Of a DNA stretch of 64,000 bases, positions 13,656-27,921 are shown one piece after another. Location: the NCBI RefSeq assembly GCF_009914755.1, contig NC_060936.1; one strand, given 5' to 3'. The notes beneath the pieces were generated by a model. That model saw nothing but the letters and a program-made list of their open reading frames with translations. It was not told where the DNA came from and ran no database searches. Source of the DNA: the human T2T-CHM13v2.0 reference genome, Homo sapiens. Both the position numbers and the translations under genes were made by a program. Each line of letters starts with the position of its first letter. Positions within the stretch are counted from its first letter, which is position 1.

Positions 13656-15292
13656 ATCCTTATTCTGTTCCATGCACTGACACCTTCTCCTCCCCGGGGA
13701 GATTGTCGGGCCATGTTCAGATGTGCACCCTGGCAAGGGAGAGTGTGGAACACAGCCTCTCTACTAACCAAAGTCAGTGGGGTGTTAGGGGTGGGTGCAT
13801 CCACAGGCTTTGCAGTTAGGCCAACTTGGGTTCAAATCTCCACAGAGTGACTGAGTGACCTTGGTCAGGTTACTTTATTTCACAGAGCCTGATTCGTCAC
13901 CTGAGAAATGGGGCTGATGACAGTCATGCCTCCTTCCCGGGGGCGGCTGTGGGGATGAGCTGGGAGCAGGGTTGTCAAAGGCGCCAGCTTTCCCTGCAGG
14001 TGTGTGGGACCCACTTGTGCCCCTGCCCAGCTGTACGGCATTGGACCAGCTCCCTGGGCCCAGATACCTCTTTTGTAAAGTGAGGATCTCCTAACTCTGG
14101 CAGGATCCTGGTGAGGAGGAAACAAGGCTCTGTATGAGGAGTGACAGCTCCGAGGCTGGCCAAGCTTGCAAGGTGCTCAGGGTGTCCCTACTCCGTCCTC
14201 CAAGGCTTCATCTTCCTCCAGGTGCCCCCTCCTAGCCAGCCCACCCCATGCCGTCCTCACCATCTCTGGGGTCACACGGAAGCCAGGCTGGGCTCCCCTC
14301 TGACAGGGACGCTCTCTAGAAAACCACAGTCTGGGCCATGTAGAGACATCCCCTTGAAATGCCATCTGTGACTTCTCAGATGGGTCTACTCTCGCTCCAT
14401 CTTCCCCCATCTCCAGAAGGCTCCAGCACGATGACCCTGTATTACCTGCGATGCGGCAGGGGCCCCTCGGGTGCCCCAGTGAGCATCGGTTGAAAAGTGT
14501 GTCATTTTCACCTTAGTAGCTTCATAGAATGTGGCCTTACGGAGAGGAGATGACAAAGCTGTGAATGTAGGGAAAGAGAAAGGTCATGGGGCAAGGAATG
14601 GGGATCAGCCATCCTGGGCCCAAGGACAGAGCATGTTCACATAGGGCACCCGGGATGAGGAGGAGCAAAGCACCAAGACCCGGTTTCGGCTTTACATTTG
14701 CCTTCAGAGCAAGACAAAGCAGCAGATGTCAATGACAAAGAAACTGCAAAACAAAGAAATGCTTAAAACTTGACCAGAAAGCAACAGAGTTAGCCTGCCA
14801 TCTGATGCTGCCTCCTGGCCCTCCTGTGGGGACCTACGAGCCCCCTGCACCCACAGCCTCGCCCCCACACCCAGGGTTCGCTCCAGGGCCTTCTCTCTCT
14901 CCTCAGCTTCCTCCTGTCATCAGGTAGCAAGTACATGAGGCTCTGATAGGAGCCAGGCATGTGGCAGGTGGCTTTGGGGACAGGAAAGCCAAAAGGCAGA
15001 CGTGGCCCTCACAGGCTGTCGTCCGGTAGAGGGACAGGCACTGTCCTCATAGTGATGCCCACCATTGCAAAGCATGCTGGAGATTTCTCTGCCAGCTCTG
15101 GGTGGGGCCGGGGAGCTGGAGTGAGCTTGTGCAAATGAAAGAGTTGACTGGGAACATCTTATTTAATCCTTACCACCTTCCTTTGAGGCAGGTGCTACTG
15201 TGACCTGCCGAGAACCCAAGACTAGGAAGCTGCAGAGTTCAGCCAGCCCATGCGGTTCTTTCATTAAGAAGCCCGTCGCAGGGCACCCTGCG

Positions 15293-15520
15293 GTCCATTT
15301 CTATGAAATGTCCAGAATAGGCAAATCCGTGGAGACAGAGAGCAGGTCAATGGTTGCTTAGGGGTAGGGGGATGGGGACAGAGGGTAACAGCGAAAGTGG
15401 GTGGTGGGTACAAGGTTTCTTTTTGAAATAACAAAAACTGAAAACCATTGAATAATGTACTCTAAATGGGTGAAATGTATGGTATGTGACTCATATCTCA
15501 GTAAAGCTGTTATTCAAAAC
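15293..15520 (+). mobile_element. L1MB-type 3' end
   Basis: ccatttctatgaaatgtccagaataggcaaatcc...tatctcagtaaagctgtt. Confidence 0.8.
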
Positions 15521-15524
15521 TTTC

Positions 15525-15823
15525 AGCTGGGCATGGTGGCTCATGCTTATAATCCCAGCATTTTGGGACACCGAGGTGGGAGGATCACTTCAGTCCAGGA
15601 GTTTGAGACCAGCCTGGGGAACACAGCCAGCAAGACCCCATCTACACAGAAATTCAAAAAATCTGCCAGGCCTGGTGGCATGTGACTGTAGTCCCAGCTA
15701 CTTGGGAGGCTGAGTGAGAGAATCTCTTGAGCCCAGGAGGTTAAGTCTGCAGAGAGCCATGATTGCGCCACTGCACTCCAGCCTGGTCCACAAAGCAAGA
15801 CCCTGTCTCAAACAAAAAAAGAA
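15525..15823 (+). mobile_element. AluJ
   Basis: Diverged dimer with J diagnostics (gggaggatcacttcagtccaggag; gccatgattgcgcc). Confidence 0.93.
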
Positions 15824-16199
15824 GTTTTTTCATGTGAAGCCAAGCCCTTGATTCCTCTGTCAGCTGGCCTGTGGCTGCAGCGAGGAGGGAGGGAGAAAGG
15901 GAAAAGATGCACAAAAATTCTTGCACCGCTGACGTGGTCTTCAGTTGGTGCTGGCTGTCTCCAGACTGGGCAGACATTCCCAGCAGGCTCTTTTCTTCGG
16001 TGGCACTTCCGTGGGCTCTCTGGGGAATCAGTTTCCTTAATAAGGCTTCATTCCCGCTTGCGGTTCCCAACTCATTCCTCAGCTCCTCTAGGACTGGAAA
16101 TCCATCCTATACCCTTCCAGGGGACCCCTCCTCCTGGACAGGCCCAAGCATGACCCCTCCCTGGAGCAAGGCCCCCTCTGGTCCACAAGAAGCTACATT

Positions 16200-16989
16200 C
16201 ATCTTCTTCCTGGAAGGTCTGGGAGGGCCAGCTGCACTCCAGCTTTTCCTTTGATGTTAGTTAGCAGTAAGTCACAGGTTTGAGCCCCCAGACGATGAGT
16301 AAACGTGGCCCCTCAAACTGTAAGGGCACATATATTAGGCTCTTCAGTGATTTAACCTCCCCTCTTCTATTTAACACATGGGAGGACATCTCCCAGGCTT
16401 CTCCCATAGGTATATGGGCAGGTGTGACTTCCAGCTCTGAAGCATCTCTCCAGCAAACTTCTCTACAGCTTCTTTCCCCATCTCCTAAAATCCAACCCTT
16501 TTGTGCTCCATGTGGGCAAAGTTGAGTGGGACTGTGGTTACAAGTTGAGAGTAGTTCACCAGCTATTAGCCTCTATCGTAGAGTCTGCTTTTAGTCCAGG
16601 ACCTCTTTTGGATCGAGCATCTAGTGTATTTTGATGTTTTAGCAAAACTTCCATTTTAACATCCTGTTGCAATTATCAAATATTTGCGTGGGGGGTGTAT
16701 ATTCTTTCTTCTTCCCTAGAGCAACTGTGTTGTGTCATACTCAGTAAAACTGTATTCATGCCAAGATGGGCTTGTACACAGAGCACATTTCCTGAGATGC
16801 CCTGTGGATGCTTTTTTAAATGTCCCTTTTAAAACAGTGCCTGAAGTTCGCAGATGGATTTAATTTTTTTCACTGGTTTATAGATGCACTTCCTTTCATA
16901 GGCAGTCCCTGGCACTTTCTTGCCCTAACTCTTGCATAGGTTATATATCCAAATAAAAAATGCTTCTTACAAAAAGAAAGAAAAGAAAG
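16200..16989 (+). pseudogene. Probable 3'-UTR retrocopy (5' boundary and parent unknown)
   Basis: Unique UTR-like sequence ending in AATAAA (16952-16957), 13 nt, then a decayed A tail aaaaagaaagaaaagaaag (16971-16989). Confidence 0.45.
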
Positions 16990-19900
16990 CTGACGTTTCA
17001 GCGTCACATGGAGATGGTAGGAAATAGAATTAGAAATGATCCCTCCTTCCCTTATACTGTGAATAAACAGCCAGGCTCATTTTTTTTTTAAAGTCCTTAA
17101 TGGCGATTTCCCAATTAATCTTGGGAACGACCCAAGGACAATGTCAGCCAATTTATAATTGAATCCAAAGTGGGGGATGGCAGGAGTGGGAAGTGAGAGG
17201 TTTATTCTCTTCTCAGCCATGTGCACTGACATTTTTTTAAGCCTACAAGGGTGAATTTAAAAGGGCCTGAGAGGGTGAAGTAGAGGTGACAGCCAGATTC
17301 TTTAAAGACAAGTGATGCTTTAAAAATTAAAAAAAAATAAAAAATAAAAAACTTTGGAGGGAAATAGCTAAACAGGACTTAGATGAGTCTTACATCTCTG
17401 GGTTCCAGGTCCACCTGGGGCTCAGGATTTTACAAACTTGCACTGTCTCATTCCAACAAGGAGAAATAGGAGGCCACTGAGGCAGAAGAAGCTTCCGGGA
17501 GGCTTCAGACTAGTCCAGCTGGTGCTGCCTCTGACCACAGTTTAGCTTTATGGGAGGGACGGGACAGGCAGCACCTGATGTTGGAAGGAGAGGAGTGTTC
17601 TGGGGGAAAAGCTGAGTCTCACTGGGAATGTGTTGATTGGGTAAGAACACGTTAAGGTTGGGCTGGGGCAGGTCAGGAATGAGTGGTTAGGATGGAAAAG
17701 TCAAGCTGGGAGCTCACACTTATCAAGTGTTCACCATGCAGAAGGCGCGGGGTGAGCATTTGACACCAACTGTACCATTTGGTTTCTGTGAGGTGGGTAC
17801 TGTTACTCCTATTCCCATTTGACACCTGAGGAAACTGAGGCCCACATAAACACAACATCTTGTCCAGGTGCACAGCCAACTGAGGGGTGAAACTCAAGTT
17901 TGGAGTGTGCCTTCAGCATCTCACCTTGACTCCTCATCTTCTGTAATGAGGTAACAGACAAAGGGAACAGATAGTCCATTTTGATCTCGTATTTACTGTG
18001 TGCCAGTATAAAGCGCCTCACAGCAGCCGCCCCTTCTTGTACAACCACTTCTTTACACGTGAGGACATTAGGACCCAGAAAGGTGAAGGAACACACAGCT
18101 AGAAGATGGTGGAGCCAAGGTCAAAATCCAGGTCTGTCTGTTTCCAAAGGCCAGGCAGCCATTTTCTCCCAGCCCCTGAACTCCATTCGGAGTTGCCTGG
18201 AAAGCATTTGGTGTGAAGGAGCTGGCCACGTCTACACTAATCAGCTGTTAACCCTCAGAACTACCAGCCGAGAGAAATCCTGGTCGGCCAGAGCCTCAGT
18301 CCCTGAACAGTCCCCCTGACATTGCATGGAAATTCCTAAAACCAACGTCATCATTCTTGAAACCTCCCTCTACAACACCATAAATGCCCTTTTCTCCTGG
18401 GCTGAATGAATGGAGACCGTTTCTCCCAATTTATGGGGTGATGCCAGTTTGGCTGGGTAGTTCTCATAGGCCCTGACCCTGGCAACTTAAAGTCTTCCGT
18501 TATTTGGCTGGGGACAGGGGGATTGTTATTTTAGGAGACAATCTTCTATTGTTCTGTGCAAGCAAACCCCATCCCCCTTCCCACCTTCCCCTCCAGGACC
18601 CCCGAGATAAATAAGAAAATGCACTCATTAAACAAGTCCAACCCCTAATTCATGCGGCTTGCAGTAAGGACATAGGGAAAATGGTTAGCACACAGCAGCG
18701 TGTTCTTAAGGATCTGCTGGCAGCTACAGAAGACAAATAATGAATGCCTTGTAACCCAGCCTGGCCACACCATTCCAGGAGCTCAGCCTTATCAAACACA
18801 GGCCAGGTTGTAGATATTTCCACCCCGGGCCCTCCTCCGAATCCAATAGGTATTCAAGGATGTGGCTGGACTGCATTTATTCTGCTTGGGGATTTGACAT
18901 GACATGACTGTCTCCCACTCTTTAGCCAAAGTGAGACAGTGGATTGTAGGTGTATTTGTGAGATGGAGCCCTCCAGGATAGAAATCAGCCAAGCTAAGCC
19001 AGTGTCCTGGGAATGGGACTATTTACCTGCCTTGCCTACTCTGAGCACCATCAATGTACCTGCAAAATCCAGGTGGGAACCAGGGTGTGTATAGCCAAAT
19101 GTAAAGAAATTTTTCAAAACGGCTCTGTATGAAGATAAAAGATCTGAACAGCTTACTCTGCATGAGTTTCGAATGGCAGCTAAAGGGTAGGTAACAGGAG
19201 CCGATACCTGGCTCTGCACCTCCTCCCAAAGGAGTCCTGCTGGTGAAGGATGCCGTGCTGGGCCACTCTTCTGTTTGCCGACTTGGCTGACTCCTGAGGC
19301 CAGGTCCACACCGGGCTATGTGTTTCCTGATTTGAGGCCATTTATCCTCATTACCCCATGATGCTGCAGTTCAGGCTCTCTCATTGCAGCCAGGGCTTCC
19401 TAACCGGTTTTCTCCCCAGGCCAGCTCCTATGGATGAGCAGAGGCTGCCTGAAGAGTTGGAGCAGCAGGCGAGGCTAGGGTGTAGAGAGATACGTTCGTT
19501 GCATTTTTGCCAACCCACCCATAGCTGCCCCTTTATTTTCATTCTGGCAGTGGGTTCTCCTTGGGTTCTCCAACCTGGAAGCAGCTTGAGCAGCCTCCCT
19601 GCCACCTGTCATGTGCTCTAAAGATGCCTCCTGGGTAGTAAGGCTACCCCCTGCCTCCCACCTAAGCATAGCTCAGAGCATTGCAATGTGACCATTACAT
19701 GTCCAGTATGGTGGGTTGTACAAGCACATGGATGTTTATATATGTATCTCAAAGGTCAGAGCATGTGAAGAAGGCGCACTGGGAGAGTCCCACTAAGGGG
19801 AGCCCCATCCCTGTAAACAAACTTGTTCAAGTCCCTATCACTGAGGCCCCCTCCCTTTGGCTGGGGAGTGCTTCCTGCTTTCTCTCCCACAAATGCCAAA

Positions 19901-20157
19901 GGATGCAGCAGATTGAGGCACTGGGGAGAAAGTGCCCAGCCTGGGAGATTGTGAAGTGGAGTGCAAAGCCTTACCTGCTAGTAGAGGACCATGGGACCTT
20001 GGTCAGTTTCACTGTCTGCAAACTGAGCTTGTTTTTCCCACCATAGTGGTGATCTGTCAGGGCTGGGGCAAAGGTCAGAAGCCTGATGGATGGGAAAGGG
20101 CTTTAAAATATAAAATTGCCTGATAAATGTGAGGAATTTGGGTTTGCTTTTGTGGAG

Positions 20158-20203
20158 GTGGTGATGATGATGATGATGATGATGATGGTGACGGTGATGA
20201 TGA
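20158..20203. repeat. (TGA)n/(GTG)n trinucleotide repeat
   Basis: gtggtgatgatgatgatgatgatgatgatggtgacggtgatgatga. Confidence 0.9.
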
Positions 20204-20679
20204 CAAGGACAATAATGAGCTCAGCCAGACACAGCGGCTGCTTGACGTTCACCCTGGCACCACATGGGAGGCCTTTCTTCACAGTGAGCTTCGTGGTGAT
20301 GAGCACAGCACAGCCCAGCGTAGTGTAGGATTTATTTTAGGTGCAGCGTGGGGTAGAGATAAAAAGACTACCTGGGTTCCAAATCTGGGTCCACCACCCA
20401 GCTCTGTGACTTTGGGCTGGTCACTCATACTTTTTGTGCCTCAGTTTCCTCATCTGTAAAATGAGAATGATAACAGTATCCTAGAGTACTCAGTTTCAAA
20501 GACCATGGGCTAGAACTCAAGACCTAATGTTCCGATCCAGACCCGAAGCAAGCTGGGGTAGCTGACCTCGAGGCAGAGCTGTGGGAAGAGCCCACTCGTG
20601 ACCTGGATGCGAACCCTTGACTTGCCAGAAGTCCATGGGCAAGTTCTGGCTCCTGTGCCAGCCTTAGTTTCCACATCTA

Positions 20680-21049
<370 letters not shown>

Positions 21050-21904
21050 TTAAATAAGACCCTGCATGACATAATCATGTGATTATTAAGTGCCGGCTGC
21101 CAAGCTAAACACTTTATATTGTCTCAATCCTCCCAGCGATACGGAGGTACTATTATAAGTCCTCACTTTATAGATGTGCAAGTTTGGACATCCAGAGGAG
21201 CATGTTGTAGGTCACCCAGCTAGAGAGGTACAGGTAGAGGAAATGGACCCAGGCCAGGGTTTGCCTGGCTGCCAAAGGATGCTGCTGCCCTAACTCCCAG
21301 GAGGGCCCCCACATGCACCAGCCCCTCCCGGCTTAGGCTCATGTGACTCCCCTCCCCCTGACAGGAAGCCTTGCCACCTTGCTGTCCCCACCCCTGGGGG
21401 ATATCGCTCAGGGATGAAAGGGTTCTGGGGCTGCAGGCTGTTGTTGGAATAAATGAGCTCGTGTGTGTCGCGCCTTTCTCTCGTTGAGAGAGCATCACCC
21501 TGTGCATTCTCGATGAGCTAACCTGACCTATAGCAGTATTAGATCCGCGTTTAATGGACAGCCGTGTGCTGCAGAGAATGAACAGTCAGTAAAGGCCTGT
21601 TGACTGTCAGCAGGCTCGGCTTGGCTCAGCTCCAGCCCAGGCCTGGGGTCTGTGCCAAGCCCAGAGAAAGGTATAGCTCAAGCCCCTAGCTTGGGTGGAT
21701 CTGGTGGTGCTGTGTCTGCACACGGGGTGCCAAGGGCTCTGTCATATTTAGCCCTTTGAATATCAGCCCCAGAGCCAATGTCGCAGACATCTGCTTTAAA
21801 TGGGGATTCCCTTCCTTTAGGGTAGAGAGAAACCTTAGAGGCCAGAGTCACACCGTCCTTCTTCTCTGGGATGGCCCCCATCCCTTGTCATTTCAGATGC
21901 AGCA

Positions 21905-22120
21905 TAGTATAGTGATGGAAGCACTGCCTGGGTTCCAAATCTGAGTCTACCCCCACCCAGCTGTGTGACCATGAGCACCTCATGCAAACACTCTATGCCT
22001 CAGTTTCCTCATCTGTGAAATGGGGATGATAATGTTCCTTTCCTCATGAGTATTGTGAGAAGTAAACGAATTAATATATGGCACATTGCCATGCACGTAG
22101 TAAGTACAGAAGAGTGTTTC
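21905..22120 (+). mobile_element. MIR
   Basis: cctgggttccaaatct...gcctcagtttcctcatctgtgaaatggggatgataat. Confidence 0.85.
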
Positions 22121-22404
22121 TATGATCGTCTCGCATCCATACCTGTCGTAAATTAGTGTCCACTTTTGGCTGTGAGTGCCATGAGGGCAGGGGATGGCCT
22201 GTCTTCTTCATTGCTGTGTCCCAAGGAAAGTTCTCAGGAAATACTTGCTGAATACATGAAGGATGCATGAGCAAACACATACGTGATCGCTCCCAACGTG
22301 CCTGGGGGAGGCAGGGGCAGGGTCTGTGAATGCTGCTCATCCACGGAGGGCTTCACAGGCCCAGAATTTACCTTAGATTCGAAGACGAAGGAATCATCTG
22401 GTAC

Positions 22405-22875
22405 TATCTTAGTTTCCTATTGCTGCTGTAACAAATTACTGCAAACTTAATGGTTTCAAACAATACACATTTATATCTTATGGTTCTGGGGCTCAGAAAT
22501 CTGATGTGGATCTCACTGGCTAAAATCAAATCAAGGGGATTATTGCTTCGGGGGCCACCTTCATTCCTTGGCTCATGACATGCTTCCATCCTCAGAGCCG
22601 GCAATGGCCAGTCAAGTCCTTCTTGCATCTTATCACTGAATCCCCTGCCTCCCTCTTCCACGTTTAAGGGACCCTTGTGATTACAGATTACACAGGACCC
22701 ACCCACATAATCCAGGCTAATCTTTTTATTTTGTGGTCAGATGATTAGTAGCCTTAATTCCATCTGCTACCTTGATTCCCCCTTGCCATGTAACATAACG
22801 TATTCACAGCTTCTGCAGGTTAGGATGTGGACATCTTGGATGCAGGAAGAGCGGGAGGTTATTCTTCCAACCACA
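22405..22875 (-). mobile_element. MLT1D-type MaLR solo LTR
   Basis: ttagtttcctattgctgctgtaacaaattac...aagggacccttgtgattaca...ggttaggatgtggacatct. Confidence 0.85.
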
Positions 22876-23101
22876 GGGATTTTCAGTTAGTCAGGAAGAT
22901 GGGAAAGTGAATGAAGGAATTCTCCATTTAGCTGCCCCAAAACCATTTTGAGAGGGAAAGGACTTAGACCAGCGCTTCCTTCAGTAGGTCTTCATGGTAT
23001 CTCTTTCTGAATTGCATGGCTCCAGGCTTCAGGGATTTTTTTAGTCATTTTCCGGGGATGGACATAAGTGCCAGCAAGACAAGCCTCAATAAAGGCCAAT
23101 A

Positions 23102-23594
<493 letters not shown>

Positions 23595-26500
23595 TAAAAG
23601 ACAATAGGGCAGTAGCCCAGATGCAGAATCAGGACTTGTTCATGGAGCCCCTCCCACGTGCCAGCGTTGGTTGCATTCAGCAGCGGCCCCACTCCTGGGC
23701 CCATCTTTATTGAGCACTTACTATGCGAAAGGTACTTTGCCAAGCATGAGATGCCCATTCCCTCACTAAATTCTCATGACAGTCCCTTGAAGTAGTTTCA
23801 GTTGTCAGCCCCATTTGACAGATGAGACAGCTGTGGTACAGAGGGGTTTTGTGACTTGCCTGAAGCCACACAGTCTGTCAGTGGCAGAAGTGGGATTTGA
23901 ACCCAGGGAGTTGGACTCCAGAATCTTCTCTCTTTCCTGGCTTGACCTCCTACTTCTCTACCATTCACGCACATTGTTCCATTGCAGCTGCACAACCACC
24001 AGGTGAGGACGGAATTTCGTTTGAATCCCTACTGCTTAGATACGGAGACTGAGGCTGACAAGGATTGTGTGGCCAGCCCAGTGTCACTCAGCTGTTCAGT
24101 GAGCTGCCTGGGCTCTTTCTCCACATCACACTGCCTTCCGTGTGTTACTAATGAAGAATGAATTTCTAGAAAATGAATATTTTCAAAACACTCCCTGCCA
24201 CCTGCAGTCCCTTTGAGGAGTGGCGATTGTTTGTAGTTCCCCAGGCCCCCCATAGAGGTAAGCAATCACTCCTACTTTAGAACTGAAATTGGGGGCGTCT
24301 CCTCCCTGCCACCCAGGACTGTCATTTAGCCAGCCAGCCTGAAGACTGCAGCAAGCAGGCAGATGCAATGCTTGCGAGAGTAAACTTGGCCAGTCTCCCA
24401 GGAACTCCTTAATGAAAAATTTCATTCCGGTGGACGAGAGTGGAGTCGACACAGTCCTCATTACTGCCCAGGTCTAAATTAAACAAGACAAGGGAGGTTC
24501 TTGAGGAGCAAGGCAGAAGTTACTGAAGGCTTGAACAGTAAATTGCAGGAAAGGAGCTTCTGTCGGGGAAGGTTCTCCGACTTTCCAGGGTGCATGGAAC
24601 CCCAATGCATTTCTCCTTTGGAGGATCAACGGCCACTTAGGTTGAGGGTACAGAATGGGGCACAGTAAACCCAGCCTCCTCATCCTTCCCTCTCTTGCTG
24701 GGTGAGGGCTGGGCTGCAGGCGCGGCCCCCAGGACTCTGCCTTGGTGGCTATGGTTCCAGAATGGTGACGCCCGGAAGCAGACACTCCGCAACGTACTGT
24801 CTTCTAGGCTGACAGCTCTTGCCTCCCCAGCTTGAATACATGCTCAGTGGGCCAGGGTTGAGTTCTGGAGTCCCCATGTCCCTTTGTAGTGACACCAGCA
24901 TCTCTTTCTAGATAAGGGGCTTGCATAAAGAAATGCCATGTTGGCTTACAAGTAGGAAATCATGTTCTTTCCCATCAATTGGATTTCTAGGTGACCACCT
25001 GAGATCCGAAGTTCTGGAAGTCAACACACCATCCACCCACGCTCCCCTTGCCCACTTCACTCTGTCTCTCTCGTGCACAGGTGCACGCACACAGGGCTCA
25101 GGCTGCAGTCCGACAGAAACATAGGCTTCCTGCCATTAATTGGAGGGCCCTGACTGCAGACACAGCATAACTATCTATTCATAGTCTTTTTTTAATTCTA
25201 AGAAATGCTGCTCTAGCTATTACCTACTTCAGGGCAAATGACTGGCTGGCGTTATCAGCATTTTTCAAGTTATAAACACCCCCTCTTAGCTGGGACCCCT
25301 CTTTATTTTCAGTGTTCTTCAGAATGAGGAGTTGGGGCATGGCCAGCCGGCCCTGGCTGTGGCATGGAGGATGGACTGGCCCTGGGCACTCAGGGAGGGG
25401 TGGCGGGGGCTGCACCCCATGGCCAGGGGACAGTTACAGGCACCACTGTCCCCAGATGCCCCAGGGAACACTGTGTCCCAGCTGCTTCTACGTAACAATC
25501 CAGGCCATGGCTTTCCTTGTCTTGCACCCATTTCCTGGAGGAAAAGCGGGAATGGTTTAGGAATGGGTCCCTGCTCCGTGGCTCCTGAGAAGAATTCCCT
25601 CTCTCCAGACTAACGCTGGTGTCCAGGCACTTTTCCGCCTTTAGATCCAAAGCTATGGAGGGGCTTGTAAACATGTTGCTTTTTGTAAATTGAATAAGTG
25701 GACTTGTCTAGTTTCGTAAACATTGCTGGCGGCATCCGGAGCCCCAAGAAGCACGCTTCCTCCTGAAACACTGCCCTGCAGGCAGGACAGCTCCCCGACT
25801 CTGGCATCAGCTGCCATGTCTTGAGAGTCTACTGTGTGCCAAGCATTTTACCTGCAGAGTCTAATTTTATCCTCAATCTTATGCAGTGGGTACCAGGATT
25901 TTCCCTTTTTACAGATGAAGAAACTGGAATTGAGGAAGGCCGAGTTGCTCCCCACAGCCTCACGATCGTGAGAGGCAGGGCTGGGACTCATGGCGTCCAA
26001 GGCGTTTGGTGCTGTGTCTCTCCCTGAGGGCTGCGTGCAGCCTCCCCTTCCAGACCCCGCACGGTATTTCCTCATCCAGGAAGACAGGACCTAGGGCTGG
26101 ACGGCAGCTACACTCATGTCATGCGCTGGGAGGGTCTCCCGGGGTCTCCCCAGGACCACGGCCACCTACCACCCCTGTCCCCTGAAGATAAATGATCGCA
26201 GCTGCAAATTTCAAACAGTGTGACGTGCTGCGGTCGGCAGCCAAGACAAAAAACCCACAGACGTTTGGCCTTTGAGGCAGAGGAACACCACGAGCTTTCT
26301 GTTGCTTTTCTTTTGATCTGCTGTTTGATTTTAAAAAGGGGAAAAAAAAATGGAGAGGATCAGTGAGTAGAAATCTAATTTGAAAAAAAAACAAAACAAG
26401 TTCACAAAAACAGGAAATGTCGTCTACCGTGGACCAGTCGCTGCTGCTTTGGGACTTTTAAAATGACAGCACGTCTTATAGACGCCGTTCACCTCTCCTA

Positions 26501-27607
26501 GTGAGCCTGGAATTCTGGGGCTCAGAGGAGCAAGGTTGAGAGGTCGTGGATGTAGGAAGGGCGGAGAAACCATCTCATGTGCCCCGCAGCGTTTGCTCCA
26601 GGGCCGGGGCTGGTCCTCGGCTAAGCTGGCTTCCTTGGTTTTTCTAAAGGAAGACTCATGACTTCCCTGAGAAATGTTTGCTTACAAAAGACTGAAACCC
26701 ACCCTGTGGTGCTGAAACCAAGGGGAATTTAATGCAAGAGCAAACCCTAAAGCCAGAAGCTGGGTTTGGGCCTGGCCCCATCCCCATCCCCATCTCATCA
26801 GGCATCACAGATTTAAGGAGTAGGGCTGTGGGTCCCTGGTGCTCTCTGAGCCCTTAAGTCTCTGGTGGGGCTTATCTCTGTGTCTCTCTTTCTCTCCCAC
26901 ACAGATACAGACACACACAGCCACACACACACCAGAGCTACCTCAGAATGGTGCCTTCAGCATAGAGCCTTTAATCCCACATGGGTCCAGGGCCCCACTG
27001 GCTCACTGTCTCTGACCGTCTGTGCCACCTTTATGGGAAAGAGAGTCAGATCGGTTCATGTATCTCTGTGCCTCAGCTTCCTCTTCTGCAAAATAGGAAT
27101 GCTAATGGTATTTCTATCCCGGAATGTCTGTGAAGGTGCCATGGGTTAGACAGTGTGCTCAACTCATTCAAACTCAGGCAAGTGTACCCCTGCGCCTGAT
27201 AGAGAATGAGTGCTCAAAATGGGGTGTGACTACTGTCCTTCCTATTGTACAGCGTCCCTGGTATAAGGAGTTACGTGAACAAACGTTTTCAGAGCCACCT
27301 CAAAGAGAACACAACCAGCATAGAAAAAAAAATAGATCGTTTCACTGAAAGAACCACTATAAATACTCCATGATAAGTCAGATTTCTGGAAGATATTGTA
27401 TAATTTTCAAAGCACTGCCACATACATGGCTCAGGCGATTCCCCCAATATTCTGAGATATTACTGAGACTAATAAACAAGGAAATAAGAAGTTAAGGTAT
27501 TGCCTGAGGTTGCACTGTCTGCAAGTGATGGAGTTTAAACTCAGATCCACGTCCCACCTCTAAATTCTCTGTGGGTTTGTTGTTGTTTGCCTGTTTGGTT
27601 TTGGGGG

Positions 27608-27762
27608 GTTTTTTTGAGACAGGGTCTTGCTCTGTCACCCAAGCTGGCGTGCAGTGATGCAGTCATAGCTCACTGCAGCCTGGACCTCCCAGGCTCAAAC
27701 CATCCGCTCCCCTCAGTCCCTGGAGTAGCTGGGACTACTGGCGCATACTACCACACTCAGCT

Positions 27763-27811
<49 letters not shown>

Positions 27812-27921
27812 AGATTTTACCATTGTTGCCTGGGCTGGTCTTGAATTCCTGGGCTAAGCCATCTGCCCGCCTTAGCCTCCCAAAGTGCTGGAATTACAGA
27901 TGCGAGCCACTGTGCCTGGCC
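27608..27921 (-). mobile_element. AluJ with (GT)22 (27765-27808) replacing the middle linker
   Basis: ttttgagacagggtcttgctctgtcaccc...gagccactgtgcctggcc. Confidence 0.93.

Noticed and set aside
13332-13850. His/Thr and Cys/Val-rich ORFs
   Set aside because: Translations of the CA-rich low-complexity tract.
14890-14930. Recursive splice candidate ...tcatcAG|GTAGCA (also ctgcAG|GTGAGT at 43130)
   Set aside because: The first has a weak donor and the second lacks a pyrimidine tract; unsupported without nascent RNA data.
20116-20328. Poly-Met / poly-Ile ORFs
   Set aside because: Translation of a (TGA)n microsatellite.
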